DNA of 64,000 nucleotides from an uncultured delta proteobacterium (GTDB lineage: Bacteria; Desulfobacterota; RBG-13-43-22). The stretch is from the NCBI GenBank assembly GCA_963843145.1, contig CAWJJC010000020.1:384001-448000 (forward strand). Reading direction: 5' to 3'. The notes under the pieces were generated by a model. That model was not told the DNA's origin. It searched no databases and saw only the letters and a list, made by a program, of their open reading frames with translations. Below, one piece after another: positions 1-10,846 of this stretch (position 1 is its first letter; the number at the start of each line of letters is the position of its first letter). A program made the translations under genes and the position numbers.

Positions 1-831
1 AATGCTGGCCAGGATGGCCTCGCCTTTCTGCTTTTCGGCGATGATCTGTTCGATGTTCAGGGCGCGATAACGCTCCAACTGGGTCGTCATCCGATTGAAT
101 TCTTCCGCCAGCAGCCCGAGTTCATCCCGAGTTTCGACCGGAACCCGGACGGCGTAATCTCCCGAAGTGATCTTTCTGGCGGCTTCCATAAAAAGGAGAA
201 GCGGGCGGACGATCCGCCCGGATAGAAACAGGCTGAAGGAGAGGGCTATAATTAAGGCCGAGCCCGCAAAGATAACGGTAGACCAGATGGCCCGGTTGGA
301 CACGGACCCGGCCCTTTCGCTGGCTTTATACATCGCGGCTTCGTTAAGATGGCGGAGTTGCCGGCAGTCTTGGCGGACGCGGACAAAAGGGAGATAGACC
401 GTTTCCAAATAATAGCGGTGAAGTGTCCGATCCGGAGGCTTATGGTTTGTCCCCGCGGCGGTCCACGCGGAAAACTGCCGTCGATAATGGGCATACTCGG
501 CTTCGATGTCCTGAATCAGTTTTCCTTCACCCGGGACCGTGACATTGTCCTTGGCCCGGGCCAGCCATTCCAGAAAACGGGCCTCATTTTCGCGGAACTG
601 GCCTGCGCCCGTCTCGGGATCTCCCAGGAACAAAAGCAGCACAGCGCTGTCTTGCCGCTCCAGGGCGTCTATCATATTTTCAGCGGCCAGAATGCTTCGA
701 TAGTTCTCCCGAAGAATGGCGTCACTCGCCCGACCCAAAGACACCAGGTTTAAAACCGCCCAGGCGACCACCAGCCCCATCACGATAAAGGCGATACCGT
801 AGCCGATCAAAATTTTCTTCTTGAGGGTCAT
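1..831 (-). CDS. KinB-like sensor histidine kinase, N-terminal part (TM, periplasmic domain, HAMP); runs off the window start
   Basis: Manual translation from ATG at 831: MTLKKKILIGYGIAFIVMGLVVAWAVLNLVSLGRASDAILRENYRSILAAENMIDALERQDS; HAMP-like ETRDELGLLAEEFNRMT near 90-140; adjacent to an AlgB-like regulator. Confidence 0.8.
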   Translation of the reverse strand, partial: MTLKKKILIGYGIAFIVMGLVVAWAVLNLVSLGRASDAILRENYRSILAAENMIDALERQDSAVLLLFLGDPETGAGQFRENEARFLEWLARAKDNVTVPGEGKLIQDIEAEYAHYRRQFSAWTAAGTNHKPPDRTLHRYYLETVYLPFVRVRQDCRQLRHLNEAAMYKASERAGSVSNRAIWSTVIFAGSALIIALSFSLFLSGRIVRPLLLFMEAARKITSGDYAVRVPVETRDELGLLAEEFNRMTTQLERYRALNIEQIIAEKQKGEAILASI

Positions 832-916
832 TGGATAACTCCTGAAGATTTGACATAATTCCTTTGATCAGAGTTGCAAATTCGTCCTTTTTGCGAAACC
901 ATCAAGTTAAGGACAA

Positions 917-933
917 AGCAATTCCTATGCCGA
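917..933 (-). promoter_or_regulatory. Putative sigma-54 (-24/-12) promoter for the kinase gene
   Basis: Minus strand TCGGCATAGGAATTGCT: GG-N10-GC with GGCA and TTGC, ~85 bp upstream of ATG 831. Confidence 0.6.
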
Positions 934-1053
934 TAATCAGTCCTTGAAAATTCAACTGGTTATAGCTTCAACGGAATATTTGAGTTTGAAATTTGAAAAG
1001 AGGGGGTTGGATCAACCTTGCAAAAAGCAAGGTCCGGGAATGATTGGATTGGT

Positions 1054-2412
1054 TTAGATACCGTAGGCCTTTCGCCTGCGCCACAGGGTGGCCTGGTCGA
1101 TGCCCAGGATATCCGAGGCTTCCTGTAGCGATCCGGCCTCGGCCAAGACGCTCCGGATGTGGAGTTCTTCAATCGTGGACAGGGGCACCCGGTCCCCCAG
1201 GATGGGTGTTCTGGGCCTGGGCATGATCGTTTCCGGGAAGTCTCTCCGGTCGATGGTTGATCCGCTTCCCAGGATAACGGCCCGCTCAATACTGTTACGG
1301 AGTTCGCGGACGTTTCCGGGCCAGGGATACCCTTGAAGGGCTTCCAAAGCCTCGGAGGTAAAACCTTGGAGGTTTTTGTGGTTGACCCGGCAAAAATGCG
1401 AAAGAAAATCCTCGGCCAAGGGCAGAATGTCTTCCGGACGCTCCCGCAGCGGGGGCACCAGCAAACTGATGACATTGAGCCGATAATACAGATCTTCCCG
1501 GAACCGGCCTTCGGCCACCCGCTTTTCCAAATCGGCGTTGGTGGCGACAATGATCCGCACTTCGGCCTGGCGGGTAATCGCCTCCCCCAGCCGTTCATAC
1601 TCTTTGTCCTGGATCAACCGAAGCAGCTTTCCCTGTACGGAAGGCGCCAGGTCGCCAATTTCATCCAAGAAAAGAGTTCCTCCGGCGCAAAGGGCCACCC
1701 TGCCCGCGTAGTCCTTTACCGCCCCGGTGAAAGCCCCCTTGGCATGGCCGAAAAATTCGCTTTCGAGAAGGTCCGGGGGCACGGCCGGGCAGGAGATCAC
1801 GGCCATGGGCTTGGCCGCCCTGGGACTCCCCTGGTGTATGGCCCGGGCCAAAATGGACTTGCCGGTCCCGCTTTCCCCCCTGAGCAGGATCGTCGCCTCG
1901 GAAGCCGCTGCTTTCTGAGCGGATTCGATCAGACGTTTCATGCCCGGATTCCTGCTCTGGGGAAGGGCCTCCGGGCCCAGACGTTTTACATCTTCCCGGA
2001 GAGCGGCGACTTCCGCCTCCAGTTCCCTGATGCGGCCAAAGCGTCGGGCTAACATCCTGATCTGGTCAGCGGAGAAAGGCTTCGGCAGATAATCAGCGGC
2101 CCCTCGCCGCATGGCCTCCACGGCAGTTTCGATGGAAGCGTAGGCCGTGATGACCACCACTTTCGTCCAAGGGGAGTCGGACCGAATAGCAGGGATCAGT
2201 TCCATCCCGTCGGTTGGGCCCAATCGGAGGTCAACAAAGGCCAAGTCAAAAAACCGTCTTCGAACCTCGGCCAAAGCATCGGCCGCGTTACTGACCGCAA
2301 CCACCCGGTGGCCCTCAGGCTCCAGGCAATAGGCCAGGGTCTTGCGGATATTGTCCTCGTCATCGACAATCAGAATGGTAAGAGAAGAGACCGCGGTCGG
2401 TACTTGACTCAT
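1054..2412 (-). CDS. Sigma-54-dependent response regulator (NtrC/AlgB-like; REC-AAA+-HTH)
   Basis: ILIVDDE receiver, GESGTGKS Walker A, GAFTGA, LFLDEIGD, C-terminal LGIDQATLWRR HTH. Confidence 0.95.
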   Translation of the reverse strand: MSQVPTAVSSLTILIVDDEDNIRKTLAYCLEPEGHRVVAVSNAADALAEVRRRFFDLAFVDLRLGPTDGMELIPAIRSDSPWTKVVVITAYASIETAVEAMRRGAADYLPKPFSADQIRMLARRFGRIRELEAEVAALREDVKRLGPEALPQSRNPGMKRLIESAQKAAASEATILLRGESGTGKSILARAIHQGSPRAAKPMAVISCPAVPPDLLESEFFGHAKGAFTGAVKDYAGRVALCAGGTLFLDEIGDLAPSVQGKLLRLIQDKEYERLGEAITRQAEVRIIVATNADLEKRVAEGRFREDLYYRLNVISLLVPPLRERPEDILPLAEDFLSHFCRVNHKNLQGFTSEALEALQGYPWPGNVRELRNSIERAVILGSGSTIDRRDFPETIMPRPRTPILGDRVPLSTIEELHIRSVLAEAGSLQEASDILGIDQATLWRRRKAYGI

Positions 2413-2464
2413 TAGACTATCCCCTTGGGGGGCCTTTTTACGGTCGGGGCTTGATTTTCCCGGA

Positions 2465-2920
2465 TTAAAGGCACATGTCTACGAACTGGGCAAACGCCGT
2501 TTCCATTCTCTTGTTCAGGATATTGGCCGCCCGCTTCATGACCAGAAACCCCATCTCATAGTCCTGAACAAGGAGCTTCTCCAGGTCTCCCCCCCTCCAG
2601 GCGAAAACTCGGGTGGGCACTAGGGCCTTGGCATAGCCGATATACTTCCTGTTTTCCGAATCCACCAGGGAAGACAGACCAAAAGTCATTCCCTTGGTGA
2701 TCTCCAGGAAAGCGATACGCCGGGAGGAAGTCTTGGCCAACTCGCGGCTAACCCGGCCTTCGATCACCGCAAACAGATGCTCGGCGTATTCCCCTTCCTG
2801 GAAGATATACTCCTTTTCCCCGTACTTCTTTATCAGGGTGACTTCTTCCAGCTTCTTCAGCATCGGGTCCGTCAGATAGCTCAGCATAATAATGGCTCTT
2901 AAATTAGTTATGTCAATCAT
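2465..2920 (-). CDS. Cyclic-nucleotide-binding domain protein (Crp/Fnr-like, no HTH)
   Basis: IFQEGEYAEHLFAVIEGRV and GMTFGLSSL cNMP-domain pattern; GAGGAGG RBS upstream. Confidence 0.8.
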   Translation of the reverse strand: MIDITNLRAIIMLSYLTDPMLKKLEEVTLIKKYGEKEYIFQEGEYAEHLFAVIEGRVSRELAKTSSRRIAFLEITKGMTFGLSSLVDSENRKYIGYAKALVPTRVFAWRGGDLEKLLVQDYEMGFLVMKRAANILNKRMETAFAQFVDMCL

Positions 2921-2977
2921 GGTTCCCTCCTCCTCACTGGAATTTAAGGATAAATAGGTTCTATTTTTAGACGCTTC

Positions 2978-3279
2978 GCCCTTTTGGGTGGGTACCCCCA
3001 GATCTGGTATGGCCGTGGGGTCTTGGCGAAAGGGTTTTCCAAAGGTACTCCGGACTTCGAATCCGGGCCTAACTTGCTAATTTTATTTAAAGCAGGCCCA
3101 TACTCAGAGTATTTTGATGTCTTCTTGGCTGGCCCTGTCTCCTGGAAACTTTGAGTGTCTGGGGGCCGGGTTAGAACCTAAAAAGCAATATGGAAAACCC
3201 TTTCGCCAAGACCCCACGGCCACGAAGACCCGATTTCAGATTAATCTACTATATATTGTAGCCACCTACCCAAAAGGGC
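2978..3279. repeat. Nested inverted repeats (MITE-like or structured intergenic element)
   Basis: Perfect 32-bp IR 3010-3041 / 3191-3222; outer 16-bp IR 2978-2993 / 3264-3279 with one mismatch. Confidence 0.8.
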
Positions 3280-3361
3280 AACCAACCTCTTTCTTTAGGA
3301 ACTCTTGAACAGTTCATCCGACGCAAGAATAATTTAATGCTTATGCGCCGCCCCCCCGGTC

Positions 3362-6300
3362 TCAGAGGGCCGATTCGATCATAGCCATGACCTGGTCGGT
3401 CTCAAACCCTTTAAGGGTAATCGCCCCCGATCGGCAGGATGCGGTACAAAGGCCGCAACCCTTGCAGAGGGTGGCTTGAATTTGGGCTTTTCCGGTTTTT
3501 TCATTGATCTGCGGGGCGGAATAGGGACAGATGGAAACACAGACTCCGCAGGAGCTGCAGGCCGCCGGGATGACCGAGGCCACCGTGCCCGTCACGCTGA
3601 TCGTCCCGGCCGAGAGCAGGGCTATTGCCCGGGCCGCGGCACCCTGGGCCTCGGTGATGGATTCGTCAATTGATTTGGGGGCCTGGGCCAGCCCGCAGAG
3701 AAAAACCCCGTCGGTGGCAAAGTCCACCGGCCTCAGTTTTACATGGGCCTCGACGAAAAACCCATCGGCGTTTTGCGGTACCTTATAAAACTGGGCCAGG
3801 GGATTCTTCTTTTCGGGAACGATGGCCGAGGCCAGCACCAGGAGATCGGGGCGGACCTCCATAACCCGTTTGAGCGCCGTGTCCGTAAAAGACAGGGTCA
3901 AAGCGCCGTTATCCTGGCCGGCCGTCAAGCCCTGATCAAAATTATAACGTATAAAGGAAATCCCTTTCTGACGGGCTTCCCGGTAAAGGTCCTCTCGCAG
4001 CCCGTAGGTCCGCATATCCCGATAGACGATGAATATTCGCGCTTCGGGGTTGATCTCCTTCAAAGTCAGGGCGCCCTTCACGCTGCGGGTGCAGCAGACC
4101 CGGGAGCAGTAGGGCCGCTCGGGGATCCTTGAGCCGACACACTGAATAAAAACCGCCGTCTTGATCTGCTTCAGGGCCGGATCGCCGTCAATAAACCGTC
4201 GTTGTAATTCCAGCCCCGTTAATACCCGGGCATCCTGACCGTAATAATATTGATCGGGTTTCAGTTCGGAGGCGCCGGTAGCGATGATGGTCACGCCGTG
4301 GGACAAGACTCGGGTCTCCCGTTCCGACTCGATGGTGGTCTTGAAATTCCCCACAAACCCGTCCACCCCCGTTATCTGGGAATTCAGGAACACCTTGATC
4401 CGTTCATCCCGAGTGATGGACTCGATCAACCCGTCCAGAGAAGGCTGCACCTCCTCGCCCTTCCAGGTTTGAAAAACCCGCCGGGCCTGACCTCCGAGAG
4501 CCGCGCTTTTTTCCAGCAGGTAGGTCTTGAACCCCTGATCGGCCAGGGTCCTGGCGGCGGACAGGCCGGCCAGACCGCCGCCGATCACCAGCGCCTTCTG
4601 ATTGATATCGAGCGTCGGCTCCGGCAGGGGCTGCAATAGCACCGCTTTGGCGGCGGCCATCCGGACCAGATCTTTGGCCTTCTCCGTGGCCTGTTCAGGC
4701 TGGTGTTGGTGCACCCAGGAGCACTGGTTGCGGATATTGGCCATCTCAAAGAGGTATTTATTGAGTCCGGCATTGGTTAAGGTTTCCTGGAAAAGCGGTT
4801 CGTGGGTCCGGGGGGTGCAGGCCGCCACCACCACCTTGTTCAGGTGCTGATCCCGGATGATCTGGGCCAGCTTTTCCTGGCTGTCCTGAGCGCAACTGAA
4901 AAGGTTCTGCTCGGCATAGACTACGCCGGGCAGCGTCTTGGCGAAGTCAACCACCGCCGGGACATCGACCACGCCGGCGATGTTGGTTCCGCAGCAACAA
5001 ACAAAAACACCAACCCGGGGAGCTTCTCCGCGGACGTCGATTTCCAAGGGGATTTCCCGGGTCCGCGTTCGAGACCCGCGGGCCTCCGAGAGCAGCCCGC
5101 CGGCACCCGCGGCAGCGGCGCTGGAGTCCACGACGCAGGAGGGAATATCCTTGGGAGCCTGACAGGCACCGCAGACAAAAATGCCGGGCCTCCCGCTTTC
5201 CACCGGATGGAAACTGCTTACTCGGGCATACTGATGGCGGTTGAGTTCCACCCCCAGCTTCCCGGCCAGTTCCACGCCGGACGAAGTCTGGCCCAGACCG
5301 ACGGAGAGCACGACCAGATCGAATTCTTCCTCCATCCGCCGGCCGCTTTCATCGACGTAGCGGACGAGGAGTCGGCCGGTGTCGCCGACCGGCTCCAGGT
5401 GGCTGACCCGGGATTTGATGAACCGGACGCCTAGTTCATCTCGAGCGCGATTATAGTAGCGTTCATAGTCCTTGCCATAGGTCCTCAAATCAATATAAAA
5501 GATGGCCGTGTCCAGGTCACCCTGGACGTGTTCCTTAGCCAGCATAGCCTCCTTGATGGCAAAAGTGCAGCAGACAGCGGAACAATAGCTTCGGGCACCG
5601 GGATGCTCGTCCCGGGAACCGATGCACTGGAACCAGGCGATTTTGCGCGGTTCCCGGCCGTCTGATGGGCGGACCAGATGGCCGCCATAGGGACCGGAGG
5701 AGGAGAGGATGCGCTCAAATTCCAGGGTGGTGACGATGTTGGGAGAGCTCTTATAACCGAAGGTATCGTAAACGGCCGGATCAAAGGTCCGGCTTCCCTG
5801 GGCCAGAACGACGGCGCCTACCTTCAGGGTCCGCTCGCTTTCCCGATCGTCGAAGCGGATGGCGCCGGTGGGGCAAAACTTTTCACAGGCCCGGCATTTC
5901 CCCTTGGTCAGATAGATACATTCCCGGGGATCGATGACGTATTTCAGCGGGACTGCCTGGGCATACTGAACATAGATCGCCTTGCGCTGGCCCAAACCGC
6001 TGTCCTGTTCATTGGCTACCTTACGGGGACATTTTTCGGCGCAAAGGCCGCAGGCGATGCATTTTTCCAGATCGACATACCGGGGATACCGGGTTACCTG
6101 GACTTCAAAGTTCCCTGCCTCTCCCGAAATCCGGTTCACCTCGGACAGGGTAAGCAGCTCGATGTTGATATGCCGGCCGACCTCGACCAGCTTAGGGGAG
6201 ATAATTCAAAGGGCACAATCGTTGGTCGGGAAGGTCTTGTCCAACCGGCTCATCATCCCGCCGATGGAAGGGGACCTTTCCAGCAGATAGACGTAATAGC

Positions 6301-6385
6301 CGGAATTGGCCAGATCCAGCGCGGCCTGCATCCCGGTAATACCGCCCCCGATCACCAGGACCGCCCCGATGGTCTCCTTAGGCAT
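3362..6385 (-). CDS. hdrA: Heterodisulfide reductase subunit A-like protein (double HdrA, ~1007 aa), selenocysteine at codon 60
   Basis: ATG 6385 [18 protein letters not shown]; in-frame TGA 6206-6208 in [18 protein letters not shown] joins the two ORF-track pieces; two FAD GGGxxG motifs, QCxGSR, several CxxCxxCxxxCP. Confidence 0.93.
6172..6191 (-). promoter_or_regulatory. Putative bacterial SECIS hairpin of hdrA
   Basis: GCUGGUCG-AGGU-CGGCCGGC, 8-bp stem (2 GU pairs), loop starts 22 nt after the UGA. Confidence 0.65.
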
Positions 6386-7265
6386 GGTTTGATTCCTCAC
6401 TTGAAAAACGAATAAGCCCGCTGAACTCCGGGGAATCCCCCTGGGGCCAGAGGTACTTCCGGTCGAGGCCCAGCGCAATTCCCAGCAGTTGCGTATACAA
6501 AATGGGAGCTGGTGGTTCTTCAGCTCCCTCGAAGGAGAGCGGCCCCTTTTGGACCGTCTCAAACTGCAACTGACAGAAGGGACAGGCCGTACAAAGGTAA
6601 TCGGCCCCGGCCTCCCGGCTCTTTCTTATCTTGTCTCTCGTCCGCTGTAGAGAGACCCCGTCGTTTACCCCCAGCAGGGGGGCTCCGCAGCAATCCAGCC
6701 GGCTGTCCCAGTCCAGGCTCTCGGCGCCGGTCGCCCGGACCAGGGCGTCGAAGATAACCGGATGGAGGGGATCATCGAACTGGGTTATCCGGCTCGGCCG
6801 GAGGGCATGGCATCCGACCTGGGGGGCGATCTTCAGTCCCTTATAGGGCTTGATGATTTTTCCCTGAAGGGCCTCCAGACCCACATCCTGGTAGAGGACC
6901 GAAAGAAGATGTTTCACCCGACCCCCGCCTTGGTACTTCAGTCCTTCCCGGCCCAGAAACCGGTTCACTTCTTCCCCCAGCAAAGGGTTTTCCTCCAGGA
7001 CCTGGGCGGCCCTTTTCAGGCTTCCAAAACAACATTTGCAGAGGGCCAGAATATCCAACCCGGCCTTTTCGGCGATGGCCAGATTCCTGGCCGAGGACAA
7101 GAGATAGCCTTTCTGGTCTAATGCCCGCAGAGGGTATCCGCAGCACCCGAAACCTCGGAAATCCACCAAGGTGACCCCCAGCCGGTCCAGGACCGCCCGA
7201 GCCGAAGTCAGGTACTGGGCGACTCGAGCCGGGATATTACAGCCGATAAAGAGCGCAAATTTCAA
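6378..7265 (-). CDS. hdrB: Heterodisulfide reductase subunit B (CCG domains)
   Basis: [31 protein letters not shown]; overlaps both neighbours. Confidence 0.92.
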   Translation of the reverse strand: MKFALFIGCNIPARVAQYLTSARAVLDRLGVTLVDFRGFGCCGYPLRALDQKGYLLSSARNLAIAEKAGLDILALCKCCFGSLKRAAQVLEENPLLGEEVNRFLGREGLKYQGGGRVKHLLSVLYQDVGLEALQGKIIKPYKGLKIAPQVGCHALRPSRITQFDDPLHPVIFDALVRATGAESLDWDSRLDCCGAPLLGVNDGVSLQRTRDKIRKSREAGADYLCTACPFCQLQFETVQKGPLSFEGAEEPPAPILYTQLLGIALGLDRKYLWPQGDSPEFSGLIRFSSEESNHA

Positions 7266-9046
7266 GATTCTGCTCCACCTTCTCTGGATAGGCCGGTCGA
7301 TCCCCTCTGATTCCCGGCCGCCAGGTTTTTCAACTCATAGAGGAGATCGGTCACCATAACCCCCTGAGGGCAGTGCTCCTGGCATTGATAACAGGTCAGG
7401 CAGTCCCAGATCATCCGGTTGCCTCGAGCCGGATCGATCAACCCCAGACCCAGGCTGGTCATAATCTGGTGGGGGAGGAGCCCCAGGACCTCCTCCGGAT
7501 TCTCAAAGGCGGCTACCACCGGACAGATATTGGTACAGTTTTGACAGACAAAACAGTTGGCGAAATTGCGGGCGTCCGGCAGGAACACCGGAAGGACCGG
7601 GACCTCAGGGCTCAGGGCCAAGGGATGCTCCGCCGTTTTCCCCTCCTCAAAAGGCAAGGCCACGGCTTGCCTGGCCAGTTGGACGGGTGCCTCATATTCT
7701 TTCCGGGGGTGGATGGCCTGGTTCAGTCCGCGAGCGAATGAATAGGGAGAAAGGATCAGTCGTTCCGGGATACCCCTTTGCACCAGGTCCTCTTTCAAAT
7801 CGACCCAGAGTTCTTTCAGGTTGATTCCCGAGGGGCAGACCACCGTACACCGGTCGCAACTGGTGCAACAATAGACCCCTTCCAAGAGGGACCGGAGCTG
7901 CCGGGGTTCCAGGGACTTTCCGCGAACCAGGGCCTTGAGCGCGTGCAGCTTCTCCGAAGGCAATATATTTTCATTGCCCCAGAGTTCGTAGGCCGCCCCC
8001 ACCGAACAGCGGATACTGCAGGTCCCGCAATGGGTGCAGGCGTCCAGTTCGATCATCTGCCGGGTGGCGACGTTGGCCGGGTGGGACCGCTCCCGGTCCA
8101 TGACCGCATTCATCAACAGGGATAGGGGGGTATAAAGGATATGACCCATCTTGCTGAAGGGCAGGTAGGCCAGGCCGATAAGGCACAACAGGACGTGCAC
8201 CACCCAAAGAATCGCGGGCAGTCCCCTCCGGTCCAGGAAGAGGGCCAGTGGGCTCAGCAGTTTGGCCGTGGGATAACCTAAAAGGGCCCAGGAGGCTGCG
8301 GAATGACATTCCAGGCAAGTCGTTTCGTGGATTTCCTTTCCCTTGGCCAGTACCCGGGGGTCTCCGGGACCCTTGACGTTAGGGGAAACCAGCCCGTATT
8401 GCCGCACCCATAAGGTTTCCAGGGCCTGCAGCTCCTGGTTCCCTTCCCATTGGGAATCGATGGCTCCATAGTCCTCAGCCATCTGCAGAAATTCGGAATA
8501 AGAGGTGATCTTGACCCCTTCCAAAAGGATCCCCGAGCCCAGGATCAGAAGCAGGATGGCCAGGGCATAATAGTCCATACCATGGGTTTTCAGGCGGGGG
8601 ACTTTTTGGATAAAGCGCCGCCAGACCGCCAGGCCCATTCCGGCCAGGACCAGCAAACCGGAGAGGTCGCGCAGAAAAAAGAAAGGGTTGACCGTCGAAT
8701 GATATGAAGGGAAAAGAGGGGCCGTGACCAGGCTCCCCAGGGCATGCATCAGGAGCAGGACCATAAACCCCCAGTAAATGGAGAGATGCATGGCCCAGCG
8801 CAGGCGATCTTCCTTAAAGGTCCTCCTTTGAAGAAACACATCCAGGACCAGGGCCTTGACCAGAGCGCCCGCTTGAAGGCTGAAGATTGTTGTCAAGACC
8901 CCCTGAAAAGCGGCTTTGACCCTTTGCGGGGTGGTAAATCCCCTTGAAGTCTGAACCAGGCCCCGGGAGAACCAGAAGTAGATTTTGTAAATCAGTCCCA
9001 GCCCAAAAATGATCAGCGCTAAGGGCAGGAAAAACTTAAAGACCAT
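7262..9046 (-). CDS. Membrane protein: NarI/HdrE-like cytochrome b region with inserted CxxCH, fused to two HdrC-like 2[4Fe-4S] domains
   Basis: Hydrophobic helices with conserved His, LPFSKMGH, CLECH, then CTHCGTCSIRC, CTSCDRCTVVCP, CFVCQNCTNICP, WDCLTCYQCQEHCPQG. Confidence 0.85.
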   Translation of the reverse strand: MVFKFFLPLALIIFGLGLIYKIYFWFSRGLVQTSRGFTTPQRVKAAFQGVLTTIFSLQAGALVKALVLDVFLQRRTFKEDRLRWAMHLSIYWGFMVLLLMHALGSLVTAPLFPSYHSTVNPFFFLRDLSGLLVLAGMGLAVWRRFIQKVPRLKTHGMDYYALAILLLILGSGILLEGVKITSYSEFLQMAEDYGAIDSQWEGNQELQALETLWVRQYGLVSPNVKGPGDPRVLAKGKEIHETTCLECHSAASWALLGYPTAKLLSPLALFLDRRGLPAILWVVHVLLCLIGLAYLPFSKMGHILYTPLSLLMNAVMDRERSHPANVATRQMIELDACTHCGTCSIRCSVGAAYELWGNENILPSEKLHALKALVRGKSLEPRQLRSLLEGVYCCTSCDRCTVVCPSGINLKELWVDLKEDLVQRGIPERLILSPYSFARGLNQAIHPRKEYEAPVQLARQAVALPFEEGKTAEHPLALSPEVPVLPVFLPDARNFANCFVCQNCTNICPVVAAFENPEEVLGLLPHQIMTSLGLGLIDPARGNRMIWDCLTCYQCQEHCPQGVMVTDLLYELKNLAAGNQRGSTGLSREGGAES

Positions 9047-9302
9047 AGAAAAAACAAACCCTTCTTTAACCTGGGAGGAAAGCGATCAAACGAAGTACGT
9101 TTCACCCAAAGCCGGGCTGGACCACACCCCTTCCCCTGAGTTGGTAATAGCCCGATCAGGGTGGACATCGCGCTAAAGGATACAGGCAGATAGTTACATG
9201 TTAAGGGAACATTAAAAAAAGGTCAACCGGATAACGATCCTTAACAGGTAACGCGAGACGGTCGGCAAACCCGGGTAGCCGCCAATTTTTCGGATAATAT
9301 CT

Positions 9303-9331
9303 TTGACCTTTTGAAATCACTTCATCATAAT
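9303..9331 (+). promoter_or_regulatory. Putative sigma-70 promoter of the nitroreductase gene
   Basis: TTGACC-17 bp-CATAAT; AGGAGG RBS before ATG 9365. Confidence 0.6.
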
Positions 9332-9364
9332 TGAATCTCTGCCGTTTAAAAAAAGGAGGAAACG

Positions 9365-10188
9365 ATGGACCTGATCACCATTGACCGCGAGAAATGCAAT
9401 CAGGACGGTATTTGTATCAGCGAGTGTCCAGCCCGCATCATTCGGATGGATGAAAAGGAGGGCTATCCCCTTCCCACTTCTGATTTTGAGGAGTATTGCA
9501 TCAGATGCGGACACTGTGTGGCCGTTTGCCCCGTGGGGGCGCTGCGCCTTGACTGGCTGGATCCGGAGAATTGCCGTGAACTGGAGAAGGACCTGGCCTT
9601 GACCCCCGAACAGGCCGAGCAGTTTCTCCAGGCCCGGCGCTCGATCCGGAGCTTTAAGGAAAAGACGGTCCCTCGGGAGACCCTGGAAAAACTATTGGAG
9701 GTCGCCTGTTCCGCTCCTTCAGCCAAGAACCAGCAGCCCTGGCACTGGATCGTTGTCCAGGAGCCCCAGGAAGTCCGGCGAATGGCCGGCCTGGTCGTGA
9801 AGGCCATGCGGGCGGTCCTGGAATCAAATCCGGAAGCCGGGAAAACGCGGGGCTACACCGGGTGGTCGCCGCCTGGGACACGGGATTGGATCGGGTTTGC
9901 CGGGAGGCGCCCCATCTCATCATCGGTCATGCCGACCGAAACTGGCTTTTCGGTCCCGAGGACACCGCTCTGGCGTTGAGCCTGCTCGACCTGTACGCCA
10001 CGAGCCTCGGGTTAGGGGTCTGCTGGGGCGGCTACTTGTACAAAACGGTAAATGCCTACCCCCCCCTGTTTGAGGCTCTGGGCCTGCCCAAGGATCATCT
10101 TGCCTTTGGGGCCGTGATGGTCGGCTATCCGAAATTCAAGTACCCGCGTATCCCGGTCCGCAATCCGCCTCGGGTGACCTGGAAATAA
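9365..10188 (+). CDS. Nitroreductase family protein with N-terminal 2[4Fe-4S] ferredoxin; frameshift near 9850-9865 (probably sequence error)
   Basis: CNQDGICISECP, CIRCGHCVAVCP, RRSIRSF, APSAKNQQPW in one frame; GLGVCWGG and VGYP in the next. Confidence 0.88.
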
Positions 10189-10262
10189 ATTTTTGCCTGA
10201 TTCCCATTCCTGGAGTTGTTAGAATTCTTGGAAGTAAAGAAATAAAGCCTGGGAGAAGAAGC

Positions 10263-10544
10263 CTGCAACTTACCCGAATCAGCCCCAAACATCAAATCAC
10301 CATTCCCAAAGAGGTTTTCGAAAAGCTTCAATTGGAGGTGGGAGATTTTTTGGAGGTGGAAGCAACGGAGCCCGGGGTGCTTCTCGTCCCTAAAAAACTT
10401 ATTTCCAAGGATCAGGCCTGGTTCTGGTCCAAGGATTGGCAACAGAAAGAAATGGAGGCGGATCAGGCGATCGAGCGAGGAGATTTGTCAAAACCATTTC
10501 AAAAGGCAGAGGAATTACTAACGCATTTAAAAAAACGCCTATGA
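10263..10544 (+). CDS. AbrB/MazE/SpoVT-family antitoxin (start uncertain, in-frame CTG at 10263)
   Basis: In-frame extension of the 10332 ORF reads TRISPKHQITIPKEVFEKLQLEVGD, a typical AbrB N-terminus; DQAWFWSKDWQQKEMEAD tail. Confidence 0.75.
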   Translation: MQLTRISPKHQITIPKEVFEKLQLEVGDFLEVEATEPGVLLVPKKLISKDQAWFWSKDWQQKEMEADQAIERGDLSKPFQKAEELLTHLKKRL

Positions 10545-10774
10545 ACATCAAAACCACCAGGCCTATTGACAAAGATTACCAAGATCTGCCCAATTCCGTC
10601 AAAGAACAAGCCGACAAACAGCTCGCTCTTTTTTTAAACAACTCACATCATCCATCTTTAAAAATCAAAAAGGTAAAGGGGCATCCCAGAATTTGGGAAG
10701 GAGGGATTACCAAAAACTACCGTTTCACCCTAAATATCTCGAGTAGATCCGATGGTCGCCCTTTCCTTCTCTGA
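10541..10774 (+). pseudogene. RelE/ParE-like toxin, C-terminally truncated near 10740
   Basis: ATGA overlap with the antitoxin; HPSLKIKKVKG..IWEG.ITKNYRFTL; final strand replaced by antisense hicA sequence. Confidence 0.65.
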
Positions 10775-10846
10775 GAAAAGAACATCCCCCCAATTCCAAA
10801 AGTCTGATCAACTCTTTGGTTTTAATGAGGGAATATTTTTAGGCAT
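10725..10846 (-). pseudogene. hicA: HicA-like toxin, N-terminal fragment with frameshift
   Basis: MPKNIPSLKP(fs)KELIRLLELGGCSFLREGKGDHRIYSR; start overlaps the hicB stop. Confidence 0.6.

Noticed and set aside
3246-3261. NrdR-box-like palindrome
   Set aside because: Single copy and no ribonucleotide reductase gene nearby
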